From Dehalococcoidia bacterium (GTDB lineage Bacteria > Chloroflexota > Dehalococcoidia > Lucifugimonadales > UBA1127), in the NCBI GenBank assembly GCA_963694315.1, contig CAVOCU010000003.1, forward strand, positions 1-48,308: a stretch of DNA of 48,308 nucleotides, written 5' to 3'. Position numbers and translations under genes: made by a program. The notes beneath the pieces are model-generated. The model saw only the letters and a program-made list of their open reading frames with translations, made no database searches and was not told the DNA's origin. Below, piece by piece: positions 18,628 through 26,848 of the stretch (positions within the stretch are counted from its first letter, which is position 1; each line of letters starts with the position of its first letter).

Positions 18628-20223
18628 ATGAAGAACGTTGACTTTATCGCCCAGACGTTAGAGAAGGCCGGAGTCAAGTGGGTCTTTGGTGTGCCCAGTG
18701 GCCCTGTCCTGCCTCTCATAAACGCCCTTGAGAAGACCTCGATTGCATATGTGCTGACCGCTAACGAAACCTCTGCGGGCTTCATGGCCACGGCCATTGG
18801 GAGTTTGACGGGCATCCCCGGCGTTTGCCTCTCCACCCTGGGGCCTGGAGCTACCAACTTGGCCACTGGCGTTGGCTGTGCATGGCTGGACGGCGCGCCT
18901 GTTATCGCCATTACGTGCAACGTGCCTACACCCTGGCTTGAACGACGCATCCAGATGCGCATTGATCACCATGCCCTCTATGCACCAATAACCAAAGCCT
19001 CTCTGGGCCTACGTGCTGACAACGTAGCAGCCAGCCTCGCTCAGGCCCTTGCCACCGCTTGCGCTGAACCGCCGGGCCCGGTACACCTTGACCTGCCTGA
19101 GGATGTTGGCAATGCAGAGCCAGTTATTTCCACCTCCACCACCCCGGCTGGTATGAAAGAGACTAAAGGCGTGACCGAAGCGGTTGCTGTAGTGACGTCC
19201 GCGTTGGCTAAAAGCCGTCGTCCGTTGCTGATGACCGGCCTGGGGTTCACCCGTAGTGCCGCCACAGATGCGTTGCTTGCCTTTGCTGAGCGACAGCACA
19301 TTCCCTTCATTTCCACCATGCACGCCAAGGGTTGGCTGCCAGAGACCCACCCAAACTGGGCTGGGGTGCTCGGGCGGGCGCGACGTACTAACGTCCAGAG
19401 GTTCATCAATGAAGCTGACCTGGTGATTGCCGTTGGCTATGACCCCATTGAGATTAACTATGAGGAGTGGGTGGGAGACACTCCCATCATCCATATTGCC
19501 ACAGAAATGGCGGATGTCGATTCGAGTGCCCACATGCTCTTCAATGCGGCCAGCGATATGGATGCAGTCGTGCGCTCCATTGCTGAGTTGCCAGCCGCCA
19601 CCAATGACTGGTCGACGGAGGCATGGGCTATCCATCGCGCCGAGCTTGACCGTGCCCTGCGACCTGAGACGGCGGGGTTAAGCGCACATCGTGTGCTGGA
19701 CGCGCTGCGTGAACGCCTCCCTGCTGATGGAGTGCTGGCCTACGATGTTGGCGCGCACACCCACCAGATTGCTACCCAGTGGCGCACGGACTTCCCACGT
19801 ACCTGCATATCTACCAACGGCTGGTCGTCTATGGGCTACGGCATCCCCGGTGCCATCGCAGCCAAGCTGGTGCACCCCGATAAAGCAGTGGTTGGCGTAG
19901 TGGGTGATGGCTGCTTTCAGATGACGGTGGGAGAGCTGAACGTTGCTCGTCGCTTAAACCTGCACCTGCCCATCATCGTCCTGAACGATGGTTGGCTGGG
20001 CCTCATCAAGCTCAAGCAGCAGGGCAAAGGGTTTGGACTTGATGGCGCGTTTCTGGGCAATCCTCCAACCTCGCCGCCAGACTACTTTGGTGTTCCCTGC
20101 CGCGCCGTCACGGACGAGGCTTCGCTTCAAGATGCCCTTGAATGGGGCATGGGATTGGATGGCCCCAGTGTGATTGAAGTCTTCATAGACCCGGAATCCT
20201 ATACGTCTACCGTCTACGATTAG
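18628..20223 (+). CDS. Thiamine pyrophosphate-dependent enzyme (acetolactate synthase-like)
   Basis: FGVP, E..AGFMA, LGPGATN, PGPVHLDLPED, SMGYGIP, TPP motif GDG...N. Confidence 0.9.
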   Translation: MKNVDFIAQTLEKAGVKWVFGVPSGPVLPLINALEKTSIAYVLTANETSAGFMATAIGSLTGIPGVCLSTLGPGATNLATGVGCAWLDGAPVIAITCNVPTPWLERRIQMRIDHHALYAPITKASLGLRADNVAASLAQALATACAEPPGPVHLDLPEDVGNAEPVISTSTTPAGMKETKGVTEAVAVVTSALAKSRRPLLMTGLGFTRSAATDALLAFAERQHIPFISTMHAKGWLPETHPNWAGVLGRARRTNVQRFINEADLVIAVGYDPIEINYEEWVGDTPIIHIATEMADVDSSAHMLFNAASDMDAVVRSIAELPAATNDWSTEAWAIHRAELDRALRPETAGLSAHRVLDALRERLPADGVLAYDVGAHTHQIATQWRTDFPRTCISTNGWSSMGYGIPGAIAAKLVHPDKAVVGVVGDGCFQMTVGELNVARRLNLHLPIIVLNDGWLGLIKLKQQGKGFGLDGAFLGNPPTSPPDYFGVPCRAVTDEASLQDALEWGMGLDGPSVIEVFIDPESYTSTVYD

Positions 20224-20433
20224 CGGGCGATTCCCTCTATGGTATTGCTTCACCCTTCAGCCGGTTAGTGTGAATATAGGGGCCACTTGGCCCGCACCTC
20301 AAGGCCTTTTTACCCTATTTACCATCACGTAACTCGTCTAATCTCCCTCCATGGCATTCTTTAGGCAGTAGACCCAAACTCTTACGTAGTTCTTGGTATT
20401 GTCGCTAAAAGGGCGTAGTCAAAGGAGGAAGAC

Positions 20434-20970
20434 ATGGCAAAGATTGTATTGGGGATAAGAACATCTCACAGCCCACAGTTGAGCGTACCTGGAGATTTGT
20501 GGGACATCTACGCGAAACGCGATAAGCGTAACCCGGGTCTCTATCGTATTCCCGATGGCAAGCATGTTTCCTACGAAGAGCTCATGGATGAGCCTCATCC
20601 CGGCATTGAGAAACAGCTGACTTCAGAGGTCTTTCAGTCTCGCCACGAGGCCAACCAGGCTGGCATCAGCAAGCTGGCAGAAGTGATGGAAAAGGCAAAC
20701 CCTGATGTCATTGTGATGTTTGGCGATGATCAGTCAGAGGTCTTTGCACCGGACTTCATGCCCGCCATGTGCGTTTTCTGGGGTGATACGGTGTCCTTAT
20801 CTCGTCGTAGCTTTGGCGACAGTGACGCTTTCCCCCGCAATGCCGTGGATTACCCCCTCAGGGAGGGCAGCATCAAAGTAGTAATAGCGGAGAAGTTCCA
20901 ACAGCCCTGCAAAGAGCGCGGTGAGGAGAAACCCTGCCCATACAAATCTGCATCCATATCATCATATTAG
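20434..20970 (+). pseudogene. Truncated LigB-type extradiol ring-cleavage dioxygenase
   Basis: AAGGAGG RBS, MA.IVLGI.TSHSP and PDVIV.FGDDQ.E.F motifs. Similarity ends around residue 140 and the C-terminal catalytic half is missing. Confidence 0.75.
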
Positions 20971-21151
20971 TGTGCGCATGCTAGCATATTTATATGGAGT
21001 CAGTTTTGCGATACTAGCGCAGGTTGACCAATTGTGGTATTGTAACTACGTGGTGGTCCGATCCCAATGACGAGTGGCTTACGAAAGTAACCTTACCTCA
21101 ATGCATCGGTGACCGGTCCCGTGGTTATTCTTTTAGGAAAGGAGGTCACCG

Positions 21152-21454
21152 ATGGCTTTTGAGGATAAGACGCTTACTTGTGTAGAGTGTGGAGCAGATT
21201 TCACATTCGAAGCTGGCGAGCAAGAGTATTTTGCACAAAAGGGTTTCACAAACGAGCCCCGACGCTGCCCCACCTGCCGCTCGGCACGTCGTGCCGCTAG
21301 TGGTGGTGGCGGTTACGATCGCGGCCCGCGTCAGATGTACCCGGCTGTATGCGCCCAGTGTGGACAGGATACCCAAGTACCCTTCCTGCCCCGCGGCGAC
21401 CGTCCTGTCTACTGTAGCGATTGCTTCAGTCAGCAGGCCGGCGGGCGACGGTAA
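21152..21454 (+). CDS. Zinc-ribbon protein (zf-trcl plus CxxC-x17-CxxC domains)
   Basis: FEDKTLTC.ECG..F.F..GEQ..F..KGF.NEP.RC..CR, then C..CG....VPF.P..DRPVYCSDCF. Strong AAGGAGGT RBS. Confidence 0.93.
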   Translation: MAFEDKTLTCVECGADFTFEAGEQEYFAQKGFTNEPRRCPTCRSARRAASGGGGYDRGPRQMYPAVCAQCGQDTQVPFLPRGDRPVYCSDCFSQQAGGRR

Positions 21455-21473
21455 ATTAGTTAACTAACTAACC

Positions 21474-21531
21474 GCGCTTAAACAGAAAGAGGCGGTCCCG
21501 GAAACGGGACCGCCTCTTTCTGTTTAAGCGC
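21474..21531. terminator. Perfect 27-bp hairpin with GAAA loop, probable bidirectional terminator
   Basis: GCGCTTAAACAGAAAGAGGCGGTCCCG-GAAA-CGGGACCGCCTCTTTCTGTTTAAGCGC between convergent genes. Confidence 0.85.
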
Positions 21532-21544
21532 TTATTCCTACCGT

Positions 21545-21589
21545 TGTCATTCTGAGAAAGTGCCGGCTATTAGGGCAACCGAAGAATCC
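21545..21589. repeat. Possible degenerate TGTCATTCTGAG...CGAAGAATC short intergenic repeat
   Basis: Ends resemble a short palindromic repeat type recalled from other bacterial genomes. Only one copy seen here. Confidence 0.3.
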
Positions 21590-21675
21590 GATGCCGCTGG
21601 GCATGAACTTCCAGCACTAAGCGGCAGCCCCATGTGTAAACGTCAGGGCCTTGTCCATCATGAACCTTTACCCTT

Positions 21676-22860
21676 CTAGGATAAGGGAACCTTTGTCACC
21701 TCATGGGCCTGAAGCGCGGGAAGCACTTCTGCGCCAAACCTGCGTAGCTGCTCCATGAACATATCGTTTGGCATTGCTCCTCGGTTGAAGCTGATGAGCA
21801 ACGTATTTGCCCCCACCTCGTCTGCTGAGGCAATCAACCGGTCACGCACCTCTGCTGCTGGTCCCCATGCCAAATTCTCGTTACGCTCCACGTCCGCTAT
21901 TGTCATGTTCCGGTAGCCCTCGCGGTTTCCGGACATAAACACTCGGTTTTCGGGGCGTACGTAGTCGTAAGCGTTGGAGTTGATATAACCCTGCTGCTCC
22001 TGAAGCGATGCCTCAGTGATGTTGCCGTGGCTGAACAGCGTCTGGCTGAAGTACAGCGAGTATGGCCCTGCCTGCTTCACTGCTTCTGCCCTGGAGTCTG
22101 CCACAAAAGCGTTGGCTGGCAGTATGAGGTGATCCGGCGTGATTTGGTGGCCGTTCTCCCTGAGGCACTGGGCATAGTAGTTGACAATGTCCTGCCGCAC
22201 GCCAAGGTGTGGCACCAAACCGGGGGTGATGGGGACGTTCTCTCTCCCTGCCCACTGAATGCTCTCCTTGCTGCCCGTCACCGGTAGCCAGACCGGAGGA
22301 CGAGGTTGCTGGTATGGTCGAGGCCAGATAGCCACGTCTTTGTAAGTCCAGAACTTCCCCTCGTAGGAGAAGACCTCCTCAGTCCACGCTCGTTTGATGA
22401 TTTCCCACGACTCCTCGAATCGCCCCCGAGAGTCCTTCATTGGTACCTGGAACACGTTGTGCTCCCGCGGAATGCCTCGAGCGAAACCCGATATCAGCCG
22501 ACCCTCTGACAGGCAGTCCACCATTGCCAATTCCTCTGCCAACCGCAAAGGGTCATGGATGGGAAGCAGGTTGCCATATACCAGCAGCTTCAACCACTTG
22601 GTGCGTTGTGCTGCCGCCGCAACCATGATGTTTGGCGAATTCATCAGCCCGTAGGGAGATGTATGGTGTTCGTTGAATCCAATGCCGTCATAGCCCAGTT
22701 CGTCCATCAGCGTCCACGCTTGCAGGTGTTCCTCATACGTGCGCGCAGCAACCTTGGGGTTGAAGTGTTTCTTTGGCAACGGCCAAGGTAGCTCCGTTCC
22801 TTCTCGCAGGTGGCCCAGGTGCTCTCCGTAGGGTAAGAGGTCAAACGCAAAGACTTTCAT
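21676..22860 (-). CDS. LLM-class (luciferase-like) flavin-dependent oxidoreductase
   Basis: DELGYDG..FNEHH, PLRLAEELAM.D.LS.GRL..GF.RG, PRP.Q.P.PP.W. AAGGAG before ATG 22860. Confidence 0.93.
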   Translation of the reverse strand: MKVFAFDLLPYGEHLGHLREGTELPWPLPKKHFNPKVAARTYEEHLQAWTLMDELGYDGIGFNEHHTSPYGLMNSPNIMVAAAAQRTKWLKLLVYGNLLPIHDPLRLAEELAMVDCLSEGRLISGFARGIPREHNVFQVPMKDSRGRFEESWEIIKRAWTEEVFSYEGKFWTYKDVAIWPRPYQQPRPPVWLPVTGSKESIQWAGRENVPITPGLVPHLGVRQDIVNYYAQCLRENGHQITPDHLILPANAFVADSRAEAVKQAGPYSLYFSQTLFSHGNITEASLQEQQGYINSNAYDYVRPENRVFMSGNREGYRNMTIADVERNENLAWGPAAEVRDRLIASADEVGANTLLISFNRGAMPNDMFMEQLRRFGAEVLPALQAHEVTKVPLS

Positions 22861-22979
22861 GGTAATGCTCCTTTGCAGCGTAGGCAGCCACGGGCAGCGC
22901 GGCACAAAGAGAATAGTGACAGTACGGGTAGACTAGGGAGCCAGCCGCTCAGCGTCAAGGGTTTTGTGGCCCCACAACA

Positions 22980-23015
22980 AGGAAGCCCGCCCCACCGTAG
23001 CGAGACGGGCTTCCT
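22980..23015 (-). terminator. Hairpin downstream of P-II gene
   Basis: AGGAAGCCCG...CGGGCTTCCT inverted repeat just after the glnK stop. Confidence 0.6.
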
Positions 23016-23052
23016 CTCCTGACTAAACTATTATCCGCTTGCGGGGTGATCG

Positions 23053-23406
23053 CTAGAGAGCCGCTTCGCCTCGCTCGTTGGTGCGGACCCGTGCCAGGTC
23101 CAGCATTGCTGTGACAAATATCTTGCCATCACCAATCTCGCCCTCGCCGGGGCTCTTGGACGCCTCAATAATCGCAGTGATGACCTTTTCCTTCATACCG
23201 TCTTCCACAACGGTGCGGATGCAGGTCTTTTGAACTGCGGATCGTGTAGAGGTCTGCCCTGCGCGGCCTACGAATACTTCGACTCCGGCCTGGCGCCCCT
23301 GTCCCGTCACGTTGTAGTAGTAGAACCCTGGAACGCCAACTTCTTCAAGGGCAAGTGTGACAGAACTGACGCGCTCTGGCCTGACCACTGCTTCAATGCA
23401 TATCAT
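23053..23406 (-). CDS. glnK: P-II family nitrogen regulator
   Basis: IEAVVRP, G.GRQ, GEIGDGKIFV, R.RT.ERGE.AL. Directly downstream of amtB. Confidence 0.9.
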   Translation of the reverse strand: MICIEAVVRPERVSSVTLALEEVGVPGFYYYNVTGQGRQAGVEVFVGRAGQTSTRSAVQKTCIRTVVEDGMKEKVITAIIEASKSPGEGEIGDGKIFVTAMLDLARVRTNERGEAAL

Positions 23407-23472
23407 GTAGTATCTCTCCTCTTCTCAGATTTCCCCTGCCCTTACTGTATCAGGGCAGAAATTTGATTACTT

Positions 23473-24675
23473 TTAGTCGGCGCCGTCGCTCACGTATGCG
23501 CGCTCGCCGTGGGATGCCAGGTCAAGGCCCTGATCCTCATCACCTTCAGCGACCCTTAAGCCCAGGCCCGGAATAACATCCAGTACCTTCAGGATGATAG
23601 CCGTTGCTACCAATGAGTAACCCAGGGTGGCGCCGATGGCTGTGAACTGGGTTAACATAATCCCGCTGTTGCCTTCGATGAGGCCGTCCGTGCCACCGAT
23701 GACGCCTACTGCGAAGATACCAGTTGCAATGGCGCCCCAGAGACCACCTATGCCGTGGACTGCGACGACTTCCAAAGCATCGTCAAACTTGAGCTTGGCA
23801 CGTAGCAGGACTGCGCTGTAGCAGAGTACTCCTGCGCCGAAGCCGATTGCGATAGCCCCCATGACTCCCACGAAACCGGAAGCCGGGGTGATGGCTACCA
23901 ATCCCGCTACTGCACCGGATGCTACGCCGATGGCGCTCATGCGTCCGGTCTGTATCTGGGAGATGACCCCCCATGTCAGCGCCGCGGTAGCAGCCGCAAT
24001 GTTAGTTACTAAGAATGCGTTCACTGCAGTCTCGTTGGCTGCCAGACCTGATCCGGCGTTGAACCCAAACCAACCGAACCACAGGATGGATGCACCAAGA
24101 ATCACGTACGGTACGTTGTGCGGTTCAGAAGCTGCGTTCTTGCGCTTACCTATCATTACCGCTGCGACGAGTGCTGCGATACCCGCGTTGATGTGAACCA
24201 CTGTGCCGCCGGCAAAGTCCAGGGCACCCTTCTCAAAGAGCCAACCATCGCCAGCCCATACCCAGTGTGCTATTGGTACGTACACCAGGGTGATCCACAA
24301 TACTAGGAAGACCAGGTACGTGGTGAACTTGAACCGTTCCACGATTGCGCCGGTAATCAGCGCGGGAGTGATGATGGCGAACATCATCTGGAAGACTACG
24401 AAGAGCAACTCATCGCCATCATTCATCACGTCCAACCCGTTCAGGCCGAGGTGGCTGAAGTCGCCGATAAATTTACCGCCTTCGCCAAATGCCAGGCTGT
24501 ATCCCCAGAGCACCCAGACTAGGCTGACAACTGCCATGGCTATGAAACTGTACATGATGGTGCTGACTACATTCCGTGAACGCACCAGACCACCGTAGAA
24601 AAACGCCAGACCTGGCGTCATGAACAAGACCAGTGCTGAAGCTGCCAGCATCCAAGCTGTATTGCCGCTATCCAT
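23473..24675 (-). CDS. amtB: Ammonium transporter
   Basis: MTPGLAFFYGG, FQMMFAIIT, DFAGGTVVH, LWFGWFGFN.GS, VHG.GG (twin His), GLD...HGE.AY. Confidence 0.97.
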   Translation of the reverse strand: MDSGNTAWMLAASALVLFMTPGLAFFYGGLVRSRNVVSTIMYSFIAMAVVSLVWVLWGYSLAFGEGGKFIGDFSHLGLNGLDVMNDGDELLFVVFQMMFAIITPALITGAIVERFKFTTYLVFLVLWITLVYVPIAHWVWAGDGWLFEKGALDFAGGTVVHINAGIAALVAAVMIGKRKNAASEPHNVPYVILGASILWFGWFGFNAGSGLAANETAVNAFLVTNIAAATAALTWGVISQIQTGRMSAIGVASGAVAGLVAITPASGFVGVMGAIAIGFGAGVLCYSAVLLRAKLKFDDALEVVAVHGIGGLWGAIATGIFAVGVIGGTDGLIEGNSGIMLTQFTAIGATLGYSLVATAIILKVLDVIPGLGLRVAEGDEDQGLDLASHGERAYVSDGAD

Positions 24676-24740
24676 GAACTCCTCCGTTCTGTGATGGGCA
24701 TTCCATCGAATTTCGAACGAATTCTATGTTGAACCAGAGG

Positions 24741-24779
24741 TGTTTCAGAGGTATTACACAAATGTTACGAAGTTGTTAC
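24741..24779 (-). promoter_or_regulatory. Four 11-bp-phased direct repeats, GlnR/OmpR-type operator upstream of amtB
   Basis: Minus strand reads GTAACA-n5-GTAACA-n5-GTAATA-n5-GAAACA. Confidence 0.7.
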
Positions 24780-24861
24780 GCATGGTTCAGGCGGAACTAA
24801 AGAGGGGACTAAAGCTGGGAGTAGGCCAAAGCAGAGGTGACTGATTTAGCTAACGAACGTG

Positions 24862-25062
24862 TCAGTCAACAAACGATAGCGACGGCCCAAGGGATATGAG
24901 CGCATAAGAGACCAGGCCCAAAACTGCCACAACCGCAATCAAGAAAGGTATGACCCACCACTCAAGTTTTGTCCCCGAGGGATTACCCCGGGGATGGGAT
25001 GAGGATAGATGAGCTACCAAAGGGCCTTCAAAATCCTTGTGACATATACCGCAGTGTTCCAA
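24862..25062 (-). CDS. Small membrane protein with C2H2-like zinc-finger motif
   Basis: CGIC...H.SSSH followed by one TM helix. AGGGG before TTG. Confidence 0.6.
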   Translation of the reverse strand: MEHCGICHKDFEGPLVAHLSSSHPRGNPSGTKLEWWVIPFLIAVVAVLGLVSYALISLGPSLSFVD

Positions 25063-25374
25063 CGTTAGTCCCCCTGACCAGATGGCTTTGAGTCTAACCT
25101 AACTCAGGTAGATTGATGTCCCACTTGGCACCAAGTTTGAACGTGAGGAATATCAGCGGAGGAACCCCGACAATCAGGAAAGGCAGCCCCCACCACTCAC
25201 CGTAGCTGAAGCCGTAGATCAGTGGCACCACCATACACGCTACACCGGAAACCATGATGGCGAACCATGTCACGTATTGGGCGACACGTTGGAGCAGAGG
25301 CTTCGTGCTCAGATAGTATCATGAGTGCTATGCAGCTTGGGTAACCGCAGGGCTTGCACCTTCTGGCTTGATGG

Positions 25375-25554
25375 TCAGGACGCCACAGCTTCAATAAGGC
25401 TTAAATATTCATCTGTTTCAACCTGATGAACTACGCCTATTTGATCCAAATCATCCATGAGCTCAAGGGAGGCAACATATTGTTGGGCTCCTGCATGATC
25501 CCACTTCAGTAAAATCATCACTTTTGCAGAATCCGTGTTGTCATGAAAGGTCAT
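25375..25554 (-). CDS. Small acidic hypothetical protein
   Basis: 59-aa ORF from ATG 25554 with weak AAGGCGG RBS, co-oriented with neighbours. Confidence 0.4.
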   Translation of the reverse strand: MTFHDNTDSAKVMILLKWDHAGAQQYVASLELMDDLDQIGVVHQVETDEYLSLIEAVAS

Positions 25555-25828
25555 GCCGCCTTTGCACCCCAGCACCTACCGTTCCAAAGCACGCTTTTCA
25601 AATCAAGCCTTCCACCCGATAAAATTGCTCGTTCGTAACCGTACTAGCAGATAGTTAGCCACCGTGCCCCCAGTGCTTGGTGTTTTCTGGCTACATGATA
25701 GTGAGCAAGCGGCAAGAACAAAAAAATTAGGGTGAGAGTTCAGTGTGAATTCAAAGAAAATGAGAATAGTGAGTGGGTATAGTGCATTGAGCTAACAAAA
25801 ATAGGTCAGCCTTTATGGTCTTGGGGTG

Positions 25829-25933
25829 CTACTGTGTCGCGAACCAGAAAATCCAGCTAACGGCAGCCAGGCCAATGAGGCCAAGCACCAGCTTTCCGGA
25901 GAACTTTGTTCGTTTGGGTGGCCGTGATGACAT
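25829..25933 (-). CDS. 34-aa single-TM microprotein (not in ORF track)
   Basis: MSSRPPKRTKFSGKLVLGLIGLAAVSWIFWFATQ*: basic N-terminus plus TM helix, AGGT upstream. Confidence 0.55.
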   Translation of the reverse strand: MSSRPPKRTKFSGKLVLGLIGLAAVSWIFWFATQ

Positions 25934-26033
25934 GGTATTAACCTATCGCTATGGCTGGCGAAGTTCAAGGTGATTCGCGGAACGAGACGGTCACGAGCTT
26001 GGGTGCAGGGTTAGCCCTGCTAGGGATATAGGT

Positions 26034-26049
26034 CCAGGACTAGTCCTGG
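26034..26049. repeat. GGACTAGTCC palindrome, copy 1
   Basis: Perfect 16-bp palindrome CCAGGACTAGTCCTGG preceded by ATAGGT. Confidence 0.7.
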
Positions 26050-26050
26050 C

Positions 26051-26236
26051 TTAAAGCCGCAAATCGGCGGAGTATTGGACTCGCACAACATGGCTTTCGT
26101 TGGATTCTTTGGCGTGGCGATTGCCAACCAGAACCTGAAAAGCGTCTGCTGCTTCTTCCAGTTCCTTCCCTTTAAGGTCAACCTCCTTGGTCAACTCAAA
26201 GGTGCACTGGATACACCAGGCTTGTAACGTCCGCAT
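26051..26236 (-). CDS. Small putative zinc-binding protein (CxxC...H...H)
   Basis: AGGAG before ATG 26236, WCIQC and RH..ES..SH.V. Confidence 0.6.
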   Translation of the reverse strand: MRTLQAWCIQCTFELTKEVDLKGKELEEAADAFQVLVGNRHAKESNESHVVRVQYSADLRL

Positions 26237-26291
26237 GGGGCTCCTCATAAACTAACGTCTTATATGCAGGATAGCACGATACCGCGTGATA

Positions 26292-26516
26292 CTACGCAAT
26301 GACCTCACGGTTTCGTCGCTTGAAGAATCGTTGCAGTGCCACTGCCGCCCATATCGCCTCGATGACCGTGATGGGATAGACCTCAGACAGTCCGCTGTAG
26401 AGCGATGTACCCGCAGACGCCAGCACAAACACCAGCACATACCATCGTGAGCGCGGCTCCAGCCAGTACGATGCCATCATAATCGCCACCATAATTGAGC
26501 CAAACACCGTCAACAT
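26292..26516 (-). CDS. Small 3-TM membrane protein
   Basis: GAGGGGG RBS, three hydrophobic segments, P...IE.IW..VAL.R motif. Confidence 0.75.
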   Translation of the reverse strand: MLTVFGSIMVAIMMASYWLEPRSRWYVLVFVLASAGTSLYSGLSEVYPITVIEAIWAAVALQRFFKRRNREVIA

Positions 26517-26647
26517 TGTAAATCCCCCTCTAATGGAGTCATTGTAGGGGATAACAATGAAGGTGTTATAAAATCCTAGGTGCTGACTCCTTGAGTAACC
26601 GTAGGGATGTAGGTCAATGGCAGCGCCCTTGCAGAAATGTAGGTCCA

Positions 26648-26657
26648 GGACTAGTCC
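26648..26657. repeat. GGACTAGTCC palindrome, copy 2
   Basis: GTAGGTCCAGGACTAGTCC, sharing 18 nt with copy 1. Confidence 0.7.
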
Positions 26658-26687
26658 GGATAGCTAGACTCCGGGGCTGCACACTGG

Positions 26688-26717
26688 TTGACATAGGTAA
26701 GTCTGGATAGGTACCAT
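26688..26717 (+). promoter_or_regulatory. Putative sigma70 promoter of the Mo-hydroxylase operon
   Basis: TTGACA-18 nt-TACCAT. Confidence 0.55.
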
Positions 26718-26848
26718 GCCCCCTAACGAATTTCCCTCGCAGGCGCGTACGCTCTTCGTTTCCTAAACATGCCAGAGGCCTTGGGGGGATTCGTGCTCCA
26801 TAACCATAGTCATAATTTGTTTTCGGAAACTGTTGGAATCAAGGGAGG

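Noticed and set aside
20959-20964. Tandem TGA TGA in the minus-strand relic as selenocysteines
   Set aside because: No redox motif context, no clear SECIS, and the region is a deletion scar.
21066-21092. Hammerhead ribozyme core (ATGACGAG...CGAAA)
   Set aside because: CUGANGA is not matched, stem II would have one pair, and the GAAA is better explained as a GNRA tetraloop.
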